Source: Vicinamibacterales bacterium (GTDB taxonomy: Bacteria > Acidobacteriota > Vicinamibacteria > Vicinamibacterales > UBA8438). From it: a stretch of DNA of 64,000 nucleotides. Made by a program: the position numbers and the translations under genes. Under the pieces are notes generated by a model. The model was not told the origin of the DNA and made no database searches. It saw only the letters and a program-made list of their open reading frames with translations. Shown piece after piece: positions 19,574-28,297 of this stretch; position 1 is the first letter of the stretch, and the number at the start of each line of letters is the position of its first letter. The stretch spans positions 3,904,848-3,968,847 of the forward strand of contig OZ220718.1 in the NCBI GenBank assembly GCA_965116765.1. The letters are read 5' to 3'.

Positions 19574-20237
19574 CTACCGCGGAAACGCCGGCAGGCCCGG
19601 CTCCACCCCGTCCGGCAGCGGCGTCCGCGCGGTGTTCATCACCATCGCCAGCATCTGGTAGTAGCCCAGGATGCCGATGGCGTCGATGACGCCCTTCTCG
19701 CCGAGGTGCGACACCATGCGCGCATAGGTCGGGTCGCTGACCTCGTGGTTGCGCAGCAGCTCCATGCAGAAGTCGTAGACCGCGGCCTCGTCGGCGGCGA
19801 GGCTCCTCGGGGCGGCGCCCGTCGGCGACCGCCTCGATGATGGCGGCGTCGAGCCCCTCGCGCTCGGCGATCGGCGCGTGCACGTACCACTCGTAGTTCT
19901 GCGTCCAGTGGCGCGCCGTCAGCAGGATGACGAACTCGCTGAGGCGCGGCGGCAGCGCGCTCCGGAAGCGCACGTAGTCGCCGACGTTGCGCGCCCGGTT
20001 CATCATCTCGGGGCTGCGCAGCATCACCATGAACGGGCCGCCGACGCGGTCGGTGTTGCGCGCCTCCTTGAACACCTCGACGGCGGCCTTCTGCTCGGGG
20101 GTCATCTCGGCCTCCGTCAGCGGAGGCATGCGGTTCTGGGCGGTGGCGGTCATGGCGTGTGTCAGGGTCAGCAGTACGGCGGTCACGAGTGCGCCGGCGG
20201 CGGCGCGGGGCGGCTGCGATCGGTTCGGAATCTGCAT
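19574..20237 (-). pseudogene. carboxymuconolactone decarboxylase (AhpD-like) family protein with one frame disruption
   Basis: The N-terminal part is in ORF 19341..20237 up to ...AIIEAVADGRRPEE. The C-terminal part (AADEAAVYDFCMELLRNHEVSDPTYARMVSHLGEKGVIDAIGILGYYQMLAMV) is in ORF 19574..19765. The junction is near 19795-19806. Confidence 0.7.
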
Positions 20238-20327
20238 GGCTGTGTCCTCAAGTCTTCGGCCTCGGCCGGGCGCGCCGCCGGGTGCGCGGTGGCGTCTTCG
20301 GCCGGCCGACCCGGCGTCACCACCGGA

Positions 20328-20627
20328 TCAACTCGCACGCAGGATGGGCTTCGGCAACTCCACGACGTCGCGCGACGCGCGGTGGATGTCGACAGCCCTT
20401 TGGGCGTTCAACCAGAACTCGGGTGTCGTTCGAAGGGCGGCGCCCAGCTTCAGGGCCATCCCCACGCCCACCGACGTCCTGCCGTTCACGATGCGGTTGA
20501 CCACCTTGACGTCGCAGCCGAGGTGGTCGGCAAATCGCTTCTGCGTCATGCCGAGCGGCAGGAGAAACTCTTCTCGGAGGATTTCCCCCGGGCTCGTCGG
20601 TCGACGTCGTCCGCGACGGATCGTCAT
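20328..20627 (-). CDS. higA: HigA-type HTH (XRE) antitoxin
   Basis: PGEILREEFLLPLGMTQKRFADHLGCDVKVVNRIVNGRTSV...TTPEFWLNAQ is the classic HigA pattern. Confidence 0.85.
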   Translation of the reverse strand: MTIRRGRRRPTSPGEILREEFLLPLGMTQKRFADHLGCDVKVVNRIVNGRTSVGVGMALKLGAALRTTPEFWLNAQRAVDIHRASRDVVELPKPILRAS

Positions 20628-20646
20628 GGGGTCCTCCGTTCCGGTC

Positions 20647-20937
20647 TCAGTGGTAGTCGACAATGTCGACGTCCGTCGGCCCGGACGCCTTCCAGCGGAA
20701 GACGACGCGCCACCGCTCGTTGATCCGGATGCTGTGCAGACCGGCCAGCCGGCCCTTCAGTCGTTCCAGTCGATTCCCGGGCGGCGACCTCAGGTCGCTC
20801 AGCGCACCTGCATAGTCGAGCATGTCGAGCTTCCGGGAAGCGAGCGGGGCTACGCGCGCCCAGCCGGCGCCGCGCGGTACGACGCCATCCGCGAAGAACC
20901 GTTCGACGGACCGACGGGTGAATCCCCGAATCGCCAC
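20647..20937 (-). CDS. higB: HigB-type (RelE/ParE superfamily) toxin
   Basis: The protein has the small HigB (killer protein) layout, e.g. LKGRLAGLHSIRINERWRVVFRW...DVDIVDYH. It lies directly upstream of higA. Confidence 0.8.
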   Translation of the reverse strand: MAIRGFTRRSVERFFADGVVPRGAGWARVAPLASRKLDMLDYAGALSDLRSPPGNRLERLKGRLAGLHSIRINERWRVVFRWKASGPTDVDIVDYH

Positions 20938-20991
20938 GACGCGCTGACAGTATACCTGGTACAGGTATGCCCGGATGGCCGGCGCCCTCGC

Positions 20992-23043
20992 TCACAGCAC
21001 CGTCGTGAGCTTCACGAACAGGGTGTGGCCCTGCTCGGAGCGCTGGCCGAACTCGGCCGTGCCGCGCTGGTAGGCGACCTGCAGGGTCCCGAACGGGGGG
21101 CGGTAGCGGTAGACGAAGACCGCCTGCACGTTTCGCCGGTCGATGGCCGAGTTGGTCTGGAGGAACAGGCGCAGGAACAGGTCGGGCGTGAAGAACTGGT
21201 TCGCGCGCACCACGTGGATCCACGTGCCGGCGCCGCCCGGGTCGGGGTCGAGGGTCAGCCGCTGCAGCTCGTACTCGGTCGAGGTGCGGTCGGTCGGCTT
21301 GAACTGGGCCACGGCGCTCGCGAGCACGAAGTCGGCGTCGAAGTTGCGGCCGGTGGAGACGCCGCCGCGGAAGGACTGGTACGAGCGGGTGTTCCAGCCG
21401 ATCTCGAGGCCGGTCTGCCGGTTGCGGAAGTCGCGCTCGAAGCGCTTGAACTCTTCGGTGTGCCGCGCGGTGGCGGTCCAGCGGTTCCGGAAGTCGACGG
21501 CGACCGACTCGTCCACCTGCCAGCTCCGGAGCACGCCGGTCTGCCCCCAGTAGACGTCGTAGGCCGAGTCGTACTGGACCCGCTCGACGGGGCCGTCCGC
21601 CGGCCACACGGTCTTGTTCAGGGCCGAGTCGAGCTGCCGCCGGTCGTCGTCGAAGATGAACCCGATGGCGTTGACGTTGTCGGCGAGGCGGTCGCCGAGG
21701 TGCGTGTAGCCGACGTGGAAGTGGGCCGTCGCCGAGTCGTAGGCGGGCCGGGCGAAGAACGCGGTGGCCCCCTCGTCGAACCGCCCGTAGCTGTGGACGA
21801 GCTGGCCGGTCAGGCCCCAGTTCTCGGTGAAGTAGAGGCTGGTGTCGGCGCCGATCGAGCCCTGGTTCAGGCCGTCCAGGGTGCGGTTCGCGAAGAGGAC
21901 CCCGACGGTGGACCGCGACCCGACGTCGCGCTGCGCCCGGGCCACCGCGTAGCCGGCGCGGCTGCCGGCGAGGAGCGGCTCGGCCCGCGCCGCCAGCACG
22001 TGCATCGCCCACGGCCCCTGCTTGCCGAGCAGCTTGCCGCCGCCCTCGATGTCGCTGATGCGCCGCGAGTAGAAGGTGCGGATGCCCTGCCCGAACTGCT
22101 CGCCGCCCTCGAGGAAGAACTGCCGCTTCTCGGTCAGCGAGACCTCGAAGCGCGTCAGGTTGACGAGCTCCTGGTCGGCCTCGACGGTGGCGAAGTCGGG
22201 GTTGACGGTGCCGTACGCCGACAGGTGCGGGGTCAGGGCGTAGCGCACGTCGAGCCCGACCGCGCCGATCGGCGACTCGCGCTCCTGGGCGCGCGACAGC
22301 GCGTAGGGGATGACCTGGTGGCGGCGCGACTGCCGCGGCACGTCGAGCCCGACGAGGGTGCCGGCCATCGACAGCCGGGCCCAGTAGTCGACCGGCCCCG
22401 CCCAGAAGGTGCGCTCGAGCGACCGGCGCCGGCTGCGGCCGAAGTTGATGCCCCAGGTGACGTCGTCGCCCGCCCGGTACTGGATCGAGGCGAGGGGGAT
22501 GGCGATCTCGGCCGACCAGCCGTAGTCGGTCCGTTGCGCCCGGGACCGCCACGGGGCGTCCCACGCGCCGTCGCTGCTGCCGCCGTCCTCGGCGATGCGC
22601 CCGTCGGTCTGGGTCCCGAGCCGGTTGACCATGAAGTAGTAGCCGGTCCGCCGGTCGTGGAACGTGTCGAGGAAGACCTGCACCGAGTCGTCGTTCCAGA
22701 TGGGGTCGTCGCGCTCGATCATCTGCGACAGCGGCGGCTCGGGGTCCCACGCCTGGAAGCCGGCGTACAGGAACTGGTCGTCGTAGAGGACGTGGACCAC
22801 CGTCGGCAGCTCGGCGGGGGCGCCCCGTTGCGGCTGAAACTGCAGGAAATTCTCGGCGCGCGCCGCGCCCCGCCATTCCGGTTCCCTGACGTGGCCGTCG
22901 ATCACGGGCGGCGGCTCGGCCCGGCGGGCGGGAATGCTGAACTCGCCGTCCGCCGCCAGCGCCGGGGTGGGTCCCGCCGCGGGGTCCGCCAGCAGGACGG
23001 CGAGCGTTGTCGTGAGCCGCAGACCCCGGCTGCTGCATCGCAC
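20992..23043 (-). CDS. DUF5916 / carbohydrate-binding family 9-like outer-envelope protein
   Basis: The N-terminal region has a CBM9-like pattern (IDGHVREPEWRGAARAENF..., DDQFLYAGF, NDDSVQVFLDTF). The C-terminal region is long and beta-rich. Confidence 0.75.
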   Translation of the reverse strand: MRCSSRGLRLTTTLAVLLADPAAGPTPALAADGEFSIPARRAEPPPVIDGHVREPEWRGAARAENFLQFQPQRGAPAELPTVVHVLYDDQFLYAGFQAWDPEPPLSQMIERDDPIWNDDSVQVFLDTFHDRRTGYYFMVNRLGTQTDGRIAEDGGSSDGAWDAPWRSRAQRTDYGWSAEIAIPLASIQYRAGDDVTWGINFGRSRRRSLERTFWAGPVDYWARLSMAGTLVGLDVPRQSRRHQVIPYALSRAQERESPIGAVGLDVRYALTPHLSAYGTVNPDFATVEADQELVNLTRFEVSLTEKRQFFLEGGEQFGQGIRTFYSRRISDIEGGGKLLGKQGPWAMHVLAARAEPLLAGSRAGYAVARAQRDVGSRSTVGVLFANRTLDGLNQGSIGADTSLYFTENWGLTGQLVHSYGRFDEGATAFFARPAYDSATAHFHVGYTHLGDRLADNVNAIGFIFDDDRRQLDSALNKTVWPADGPVERVQYDSAYDVYWGQTGVLRSWQVDESVAVDFRNRWTATARHTEEFKRFERDFRNRQTGLEIGWNTRSYQSFRGGVSTGRNFDADFVLASAVAQFKPTDRTSTEYELQRLTLDPDPGGAGTWIHVVRANQFFTPDLFLRLFLQTNSAIDRRNVQAVFVYRYRPPFGTLQVAYQRGTAEFGQRSEQGHTLFVKLTTVL

Positions 23044-23521
23044 CGGGGGATGATCTCATTCGTGTCGAGGGTGACGCTGAAACACGGGCCGACGTTTACG
23101 GCGGGCCGTCCTCGCCGGAGCCGAGTGTCCCGCGAAGCGCCTGCGCGAAGTCAACCTGCGCCCATCCGCTCGACCGCAGGCGCTCGACCTCGCGTCCGGC
23201 CTGGCGGCGGAGCTTCGAGGCGGCGGCCCGCATGTGGGCGTCGCGAGCGCCGCTCGGGCGCTCGGTTCCACGTACGGAGGACACAGAATCGGTCCCTCCA
23301 CCGGCTGGACGGCGATCTGCCCTTCCCGGCATGGTTCACCGATTCTCCGACGCCAAGCGCACGGAAGTCAACGGATCGCCCGTGCACTCCGGCTCTCCTC
23401 TGTTCGCCGCCATCGCGCCGGACCGTCATGAGTTCCTCCGAAGCGGGTCCGCGCGAGCCGAGAATGTCGCCGCCCTCCGGCCTGACCGGCCACCGAGAGA
23501 CTACGGGAAACAGCCATCACC

Positions 23522-24088
23522 TCACCGACCCTGGAGATACGCCACGATTCGATCTCGCAGGTGTTTCGTCTCGGGACACAATCGGTACAACAGCGGCAGA
23601 TTCTTGAGCGTCATCTCGATCATCGCTCTTCTGCCCCCACCCACCTCGCCCCTGTCACCCCGACGTTCGACGAGCGGCTGGAAGATATCCTCCTTCATCC
23701 GCCGATGCTCGCGGACTTCATTCCAGGATTCCTTCAGATCGTTGCGGTACGCGACGCAGGCGAAGATCTCCACTTCCGGCTGTGCTGGACAACAGAACAG
23801 CTTGATCCGCCGTGCGGCGAGATTCTCCTCCAACTGTCGCGCCGCGTCCGGCGTCGCGCGATCGGCGTCGGGAAAGAAGAGCCACAGGTCGAAGAAGTCG
23901 TAGCGGCCGGGAAGCTCCTTCCGGATGACTGTCAGAGCACGGTCGTAGCCCTGAACCCGCGGATTGGTCAGCAATTCCACGTGAGCCGCGGGCTTTCCCG
24001 CATCGGCCACAAGGGCCTTCGTCAACGGCTTGAGGATGTACCCGTTCCAGGTCGGATCTTCCGCGATGACGAGAACCCTGAAGCTCAC
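23522..24088 (-). CDS. small TOPRIM/DUF4276-like protein, partner of the upstream ATPase
   Basis: The GTG start overlaps the ATPase stop (GTGA at 24085-24088). A beta-strand plus acidic residue (FRVLVIAED), a later FFPDAD acidic pair and PEVEIFACVAY give a spacing reminiscent of TOPRIM-like DUF4276/DUF4435 proteins. The region has lower GC. Confidence 0.7.
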   Translation of the reverse strand: MSFRVLVIAEDPTWNGYILKPLTKALVADAGKPAAHVELLTNPRVQGYDRALTVIRKELPGRYDFFDLWLFFPDADRATPDAARQLEENLAARRIKLFCCPAQPEVEIFACVAYRNDLKESWNEVREHRRMKEDIFQPLVERRGDRGEVGGGRRAMIEMTLKNLPLLYRLCPETKHLRDRIVAYLQGR

Positions 24089-25392
24089 AGTGCCGCTTCC
24101 AGCCAGCCTTCCGAGAACAGGTCCGCGATGTGTTGTCCCGGTCTCCTGAGAATGTCCATCAGGCGAGGCACTTCGGTCAACGGCAGGATATGCGACTCAC
24201 CCGTCTGCTCGTTGCGCCGGCAGAAGAACGTCGTTTCGTATTCCTCCTCCTGAAGCCATGCCAGCACGAGCGGCGAATGCGTGGTGGCGAAGACTTGGGT
24301 GCCGGTTCGTTCCGCCTGGCTCCGGAACAGCTCCAGGATCAGCCGCAGGCGGTTGGGATGCACTGCGTTCTCAATGTCCTCGATCGTCATGACCTGCGGC
24401 ATGTCGGGTTGAAAGAAGGCGGCGGCCAACGCCGCGAACCGCAACGTACCGTCGCTCAGAACGGGGGCCGGAACCTCCCGATCGCCCTCGTGCAGCTTGA
24501 ACAGCGGCTCCTTGACCGCCCCGTGAAGCACGCCGACGTTGCTCACTTCCTCGGGGCGCAGCTCTTGGAGCCAAGACAGGTACGCTTTCCGTGTCTCGTC
24601 CTCCCCGCACAGCAGTTCGACCAGCGCGGCAAAGTTCTCCCCGTGCTCGCCCATGCGCCGCGCGCGAGCATCCGCCGCGTAGTTCCGCAGACGCGCCGGT
24701 ATCGGGTCGAGACACTGCACGCTCGCCAGCAAGGCCGCCATCCTGCTCGCACGGTCGGTCTGCCACTTGACATCGTCCACCCTGGTCAGGGTGCTAAGGG
24801 ATACCGTGTCCCACAAGCCACCGCCGGCAACCTGCCCGAGTACGGGTCGCGCACGCTCGAAGGTCGCGACAACCGGATCCCCCGATTCCTTCGGATAGCA
24901 CCGCACCTCGAGACCGGGGCCGCCCCGGGGCGAATACACGTTCAAGGCGTGGTCGCAGCCCGAGTCGTAGACGACCGTTCCGACACTGAGCCGTTCGCCC
25001 GCCACCCGTCCGGCATCGGGCGAAAACGCGATCGAGAACTCCCAGGCTCCGGCGACCACGCCTTGCAGACCCCCGCGCGCCTCGACTGTCACTTGACCAA
25101 CCGACGTTGCGGATGCCGGGTCGCCGGTCCCGCCGGCCCCCGCGAAGCAGGCATTGCCGGTCCCGCCGCGAATGCCGTCCCATACTTCGCTGGTCGCGCT
25201 CCGGGCCTTTCCGTCGAGGATCTCGCCGATGGTGAAACCGTTGCCGATACCCTGCAGTACCCGGAGCGCATCGAGGAAGTTCGACTTCCCGCTGGCGTTC
25301 GCGCCGATGAACAGGTTCAGCCGGCCCAGGGACAGATCGACCTTGCGCAGGCTCTTGAAGTTCTCGATGACGATGCGGTCGATCACGCCCAC
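24085..25392 (-). CDS. ABC/SMC-like AAA_21-type ATPase
   Basis: IENFKSLRKVDL...LNLFIGANASGKSNFLDAL (Walker A), LSDGTLRFAALAAAF (signature), VMTIEDIENAVHP (Walker B/D-loop) and FATTHSP (H-loop). A GGAGG RBS precedes the GTG start. Confidence 0.85.
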   Translation of the reverse strand: MGVIDRIVIENFKSLRKVDLSLGRLNLFIGANASGKSNFLDALRVLQGIGNGFTIGEILDGKARSATSEVWDGIRGGTGNACFAGAGGTGDPASATSVGQVTVEARGGLQGVVAGAWEFSIAFSPDAGRVAGERLSVGTVVYDSGCDHALNVYSPRGGPGLEVRCYPKESGDPVVATFERARPVLGQVAGGGLWDTVSLSTLTRVDDVKWQTDRASRMAALLASVQCLDPIPARLRNYAADARARRMGEHGENFAALVELLCGEDETRKAYLSWLQELRPEEVSNVGVLHGAVKEPLFKLHEGDREVPAPVLSDGTLRFAALAAAFFQPDMPQVMTIEDIENAVHPNRLRLILELFRSQAERTGTQVFATTHSPLVLAWLQEEEYETTFFCRRNEQTGESHILPLTEVPRLMDILRRPGQHIADLFSEGWLEAAL

Positions 25393-25405
25393 CGCCCTCC
25401 TTCGG

Positions 25406-25621
25406 TCAGGACCCGGAGGCCTCGTTGCCGTGAGGATCGGACGAATCCACGAGTTGCGCCAACGGGAACTCCTCGCGGTACAGCCAGCTCAACAGATCGA
25501 GATAGGGACGTGCGAACTCGTCGGGGTCGGCACCGCTTCGCGACGCCAAGGCCCGGGCCGCGGCGGCTTGGTCGCGGATGATCCGCGCCCGAGCTTCCAC
25601 GGAATCCACCCAGACGCCCAC
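25406..25621 (-). CDS. 71-aa hypothetical protein immediately upstream of the ATPase
   Basis: GTG start with coding-like third positions. The stop lies 13 nt before the ATPase start, with the ATPase RBS in between. No recognisable family. Confidence 0.4.
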   Translation of the reverse strand: MGVWVDSVEARARIIRDQAAAARALASRSGADPDEFARPYLDLLSWLYREEFPLAQLVDSSDPHGNEASGS

Positions 25622-25796
25622 TACGGAAGCCTCAGGATGCCCTGGCGGTGCGCCGAGTCGAGGCCCCTGTACCGAGCGATCTCGACGCCAAGCGCGCTCC
25701 TCGCACCGGAAACTCGCCCGCGCAACAACAATCGGACGATAACACGGTCATCGGGGTCGAATGGCCCGCCGTCAGCCGGCGGAGACGCGGCGGAAG

Positions 25797-26240
25797 TCAC
25801 GGCCGGTGATCTTCCCGGAACTTCGCGGCATAGCGCCGCGCCGCGTCCATCTTGTCGAGCTGGGGCAGGAAGTCGAAGTAGCGCGAGAGGGTCTGGCCGG
25901 CGCGGGTGGTCGTGGCCCGCAGGTCGCGCGAGAGCAGGCGAACGCCGTCGCGCAGCACGCGGTGATACAGCAGGATCGACGCCCGGTTGAGGACGACGAC
26001 GTCGACGTCGTTGGTGCCGAGCGCGACCATGAGATCGGTCGTCAGATCCGCCTCGTAGCCCCACTTGCTGGTGCGGACGCGAGCTTGGTCGACGTACACG
26101 GCGACGTCGACATCGCTGTCAGGGCGCGCCTGCCCGCGGGCGCGGGAGCCGAAGAGGTAGGCTTCGAGGATCTCCTCGCGCGGCGACAGCGCGCGGGTCA
26201 ACCGCGCGACGAGCTGTCGGTCCACGTTCTCTCGTGCCAC
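25797..26240 (-). CDS. MntA-like minimal nucleotidyltransferase (MNT)
   Basis: GGAG lies 5 nt before GTG 26240. LFGSRARGQARPDSDVDVAVYV is the GS...DxD NTase motif. The C-terminal VVVLNRASILLYHRVLRDGVRLL...YFDFLP is typical of MntA antitoxins. Confidence 0.8.
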   Translation of the reverse strand: MARENVDRQLVARLTRALSPREEILEAYLFGSRARGQARPDSDVDVAVYVDQARVRTSKWGYEADLTTDLMVALGTNDVDVVVLNRASILLYHRVLRDGVRLLSRDLRATTTRAGQTLSRYFDFLPQLDKMDAARRYAAKFREDHRP

Positions 26241-26351
26241 CCCGACTCCAGGCGGGCGGTCGCAGGGCCAGTCCGGCAGCCCCGGATCGCCGACCGGTTC
26301 TATCGGTCGAACCACCCGGGGCTGCGTGCGCTTCCGATTCGGGGGCGGCGA

Positions 26352-26936
26352 CTACAGCCCCCGGATCATCACGTTGCGGAACTTCACGACGCCGAAGCCG
26401 TACTGCAGGGCAATCGGCCCCGAGGCGAACTGCTCGTCCTCGACGTCGACCATCTGCTCGCCGTTCAGCCAGACGCGCAGCCGGGGCCCCTCGGCCCTGA
26501 TCTCGTAGGTGTTCCAGCGGCCGGGGCTGTCGACCTGGCTGGCCGGGGCGGCGATGTGGACGATGCCGCCGGTCCGGTAGGTCTGGTCCGGGCGGGTGTC
26601 GAAGATGTTGACCTCGTACGAGTTGCGGTCGTTGACGCTCTCGGGGTCGGCGCAACGGATGAAGATGCCGCTGTTGGCGGGCTCCTCGACCGCGTACTGC
26701 AGGACGAGCTCGAAGTCGCCGTACGACTCGGGGGTCACGAGGAACCCGGCCCCGCTGTCGGCCTGGGCCGCGCCGTCGACGATCGACCAGTTGGCGTCGC
26801 CGATCTGGTTCCAGCCGTCGAGGGACGAGCCGTCGAGCAGCGTGGTCCAGCCCGCGTCCTGGGCCGATGCCGGGGCGGAGAGCCCGAGGGTGGCGGCGGT
26901 GAAGAGGGCAAGGGCGAAAACGGTGGTGCGCTTCAT
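26352..26936 (-). CDS. DUF1080 (3-keto-disaccharide hydrolase-like) secreted protein
   Basis: MKRTTVFALALFTAATLGLSAPASAQ signal, then GWTTLLDGSSLDGWNQIG...FELVLQY...GPIALQY...FRNVMIRGL. Confidence 0.8.
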   Translation of the reverse strand: MKRTTVFALALFTAATLGLSAPASAQDAGWTTLLDGSSLDGWNQIGDANWSIVDGAAQADSGAGFLVTPESYGDFELVLQYAVEEPANSGIFIRCADPESVNDRNSYEVNIFDTRPDQTYRTGGIVHIAAPASQVDSPGRWNTYEIRAEGPRLRVWLNGEQMVDVEDEQFASGPIALQYGFGVVKFRNVMIRGL

Positions 26937-27222
26937 GGAATGGTCTCCCTGTTGGCATGGGTGACGCCCCTCGACGGGACGCCGGTTGCTCCGTTCACGA
27001 GCCGGACCGTCCGGTCCGGCAATCGTCGCCCGGCGGCTCTTCCCGCCGCTCGAACGACACTTCCGGGCTGCCCCTTTCGACGGCACAGCCCACGCCATGG
27101 CCGGCGGCAACCGCGATGGGGTTTGCTCGCCCAACCCCGGTGAGGACGACGTGCCGACCCGTCGTGCAAGGTGTCATCGGCGCACCGATGGCCCGCCGGG
27201 CAGGTTCCCGCGGGCCCACCGG

Positions 27223-28248
27223 CTACTGCCCCGATTCCGCCAGCTCCTCCGCGCGGGCGCCCGACAGCAGGTTCTGCATGCCGTAGTTGCCCTCGTGGCA
27301 CGCGTACTCGAACATCGCCGACCCGCGTTTCATCGGCAGCGCCACGGTGAACGGCCGCGTGAAGGTGGCCGGGTCGTCGACGGTGTACTCGTACAGCAGC
27401 GTGTCCTCGTCGATGCGGCTGAACCGCTCTACGAGGTGCAGCGTCTCGCCCGAGCCGATGGCCACCCGGGTGGACGGCGCGAAGCTGGCGGTGTTGGCGG
27501 TGAAGTTGGTGGTCTCGACGACGAGCGTGTCGCCCTCCCAGCGCCCGCGCGAGCTGCCCAGCCACTGCCGCAGGTCGCCGGGGAGCGGCGCGCGGCCGTC
27601 GAGGGGCACGATGCGCGAGTCGTGGACCATCTCGTTGAGAATGACCACGTGGTCGGCGGTCTGGAAGATCTGGATGTTCTGGTTGTAGCCGCCGGGCACG
27701 ATGGGCGGACCGGTGTTGAACCCGAGCAGGCACCGCTCGGCGACCCCGCGGTCCTCGGGACCGTCGGCGCCGATGCCGCCGACGCGGATGCGCACCGGCC
27801 ACGCGGGGTCGGCGCCGTCGCCCTGCCGCTCCACGCCCGGCCGCGTCTCGGGCAGCCGGCCGTCGGGGGGATCGACGATGAGCGAGGTCCGGCGGTCGTC
27901 GACGACCCCGGCCCCCCGGTCGAACCAGAAGTTGTTGTAGCCGCCGACGTTGCCGCCCACCGGCAGGGGCTCGGTGCGGATCTCGCTGGGCCGGTCCGCG
28001 TCGATGGCGCGCTGCACGGCCGCGGCCTCGATCTCGGCCGCCTCCTCCGCCGTCAGCTCGGCCTGATCCGCCCGGTCGTCGGGGCGCTGCAGCGGGGTCA
28101 GGGTCCGGAAGTCCCACACCCCCTGGAGGTCGGGGGCGCCGTCGGGCAGGCGGGGCACGTCGGACGCCGGCTGGGCGCCGGCGGGGACGGACAGGACCGC
28201 GGCCAGCGCGGTCAGCGCCAGCACGGCGCCGAAAGATCGTCTCTGCAT
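27223..28248 (-). CDS. secreted protein of an uncharacterised family (YEYACHEGNY motif), tandem copy 1
   Basis: AGGAG lies 8 nt before ATG (MQRRSFGAVLALTALAAVLSVPAGAQ). Conserved blocks are PDLQGVWDF, RRTSLIVDPPDGRLP, WEGDTLVVETTNF and YEYACHEGNYGMQN. Confidence 0.8.
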   Translation of the reverse strand: MQRRSFGAVLALTALAAVLSVPAGAQPASDVPRLPDGAPDLQGVWDFRTLTPLQRPDDRADQAELTAEEAAEIEAAAVQRAIDADRPSEIRTEPLPVGGNVGGYNNFWFDRGAGVVDDRRTSLIVDPPDGRLPETRPGVERQGDGADPAWPVRIRVGGIGADGPEDRGVAERCLLGFNTGPPIVPGGYNQNIQIFQTADHVVILNEMVHDSRIVPLDGRAPLPGDLRQWLGSSRGRWEGDTLVVETTNFTANTASFAPSTRVAIGSGETLHLVERFSRIDEDTLLYEYTVDDPATFTRPFTVALPMKRGSAMFEYACHEGNYGMQNLLSGARAEELAESGQ

Positions 28249-28297
28249 CTCGTACACTCCTGACTGCCTCTCACTACCGGCGGACCAGTGGCCCTCG

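Noticed and set aside
23096-23332. 78-aa ORF in the 480-bp gap between DUF5916 and the TOPRIM-like gene
   Set aside because: Only the last ~45 aa look faintly coding. There is no RBS and no recognisable motif, so the region is left as intergenic.
19987-23607. Very long ORFs such as 19987..23607 + (1206 aa), 34058..38044 - (1328 aa), 51361..54057 -, 53922..56630 -, 13949..15769 -, 220..1722 + and 1514..3121 +
   Set aside because: They are Arg/Gly/Pro/Ala/His-rich low-complexity translations lying antisense or out of frame to genes with clear family motifs. This is the expected open-frame artefact of very high GC.
25622-25796. Possible frameshifted HepT/HEPN toxin after the MNT (RGLDSAH motif in one frame)
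   Set aside because: Too few codons lie upstream of the motif for a HEPN fold. The context does not match the R.N..H.Y pattern, and the codon usage there (ttg ttg ttg) is atypical. It is kept only as an open question in the findings.
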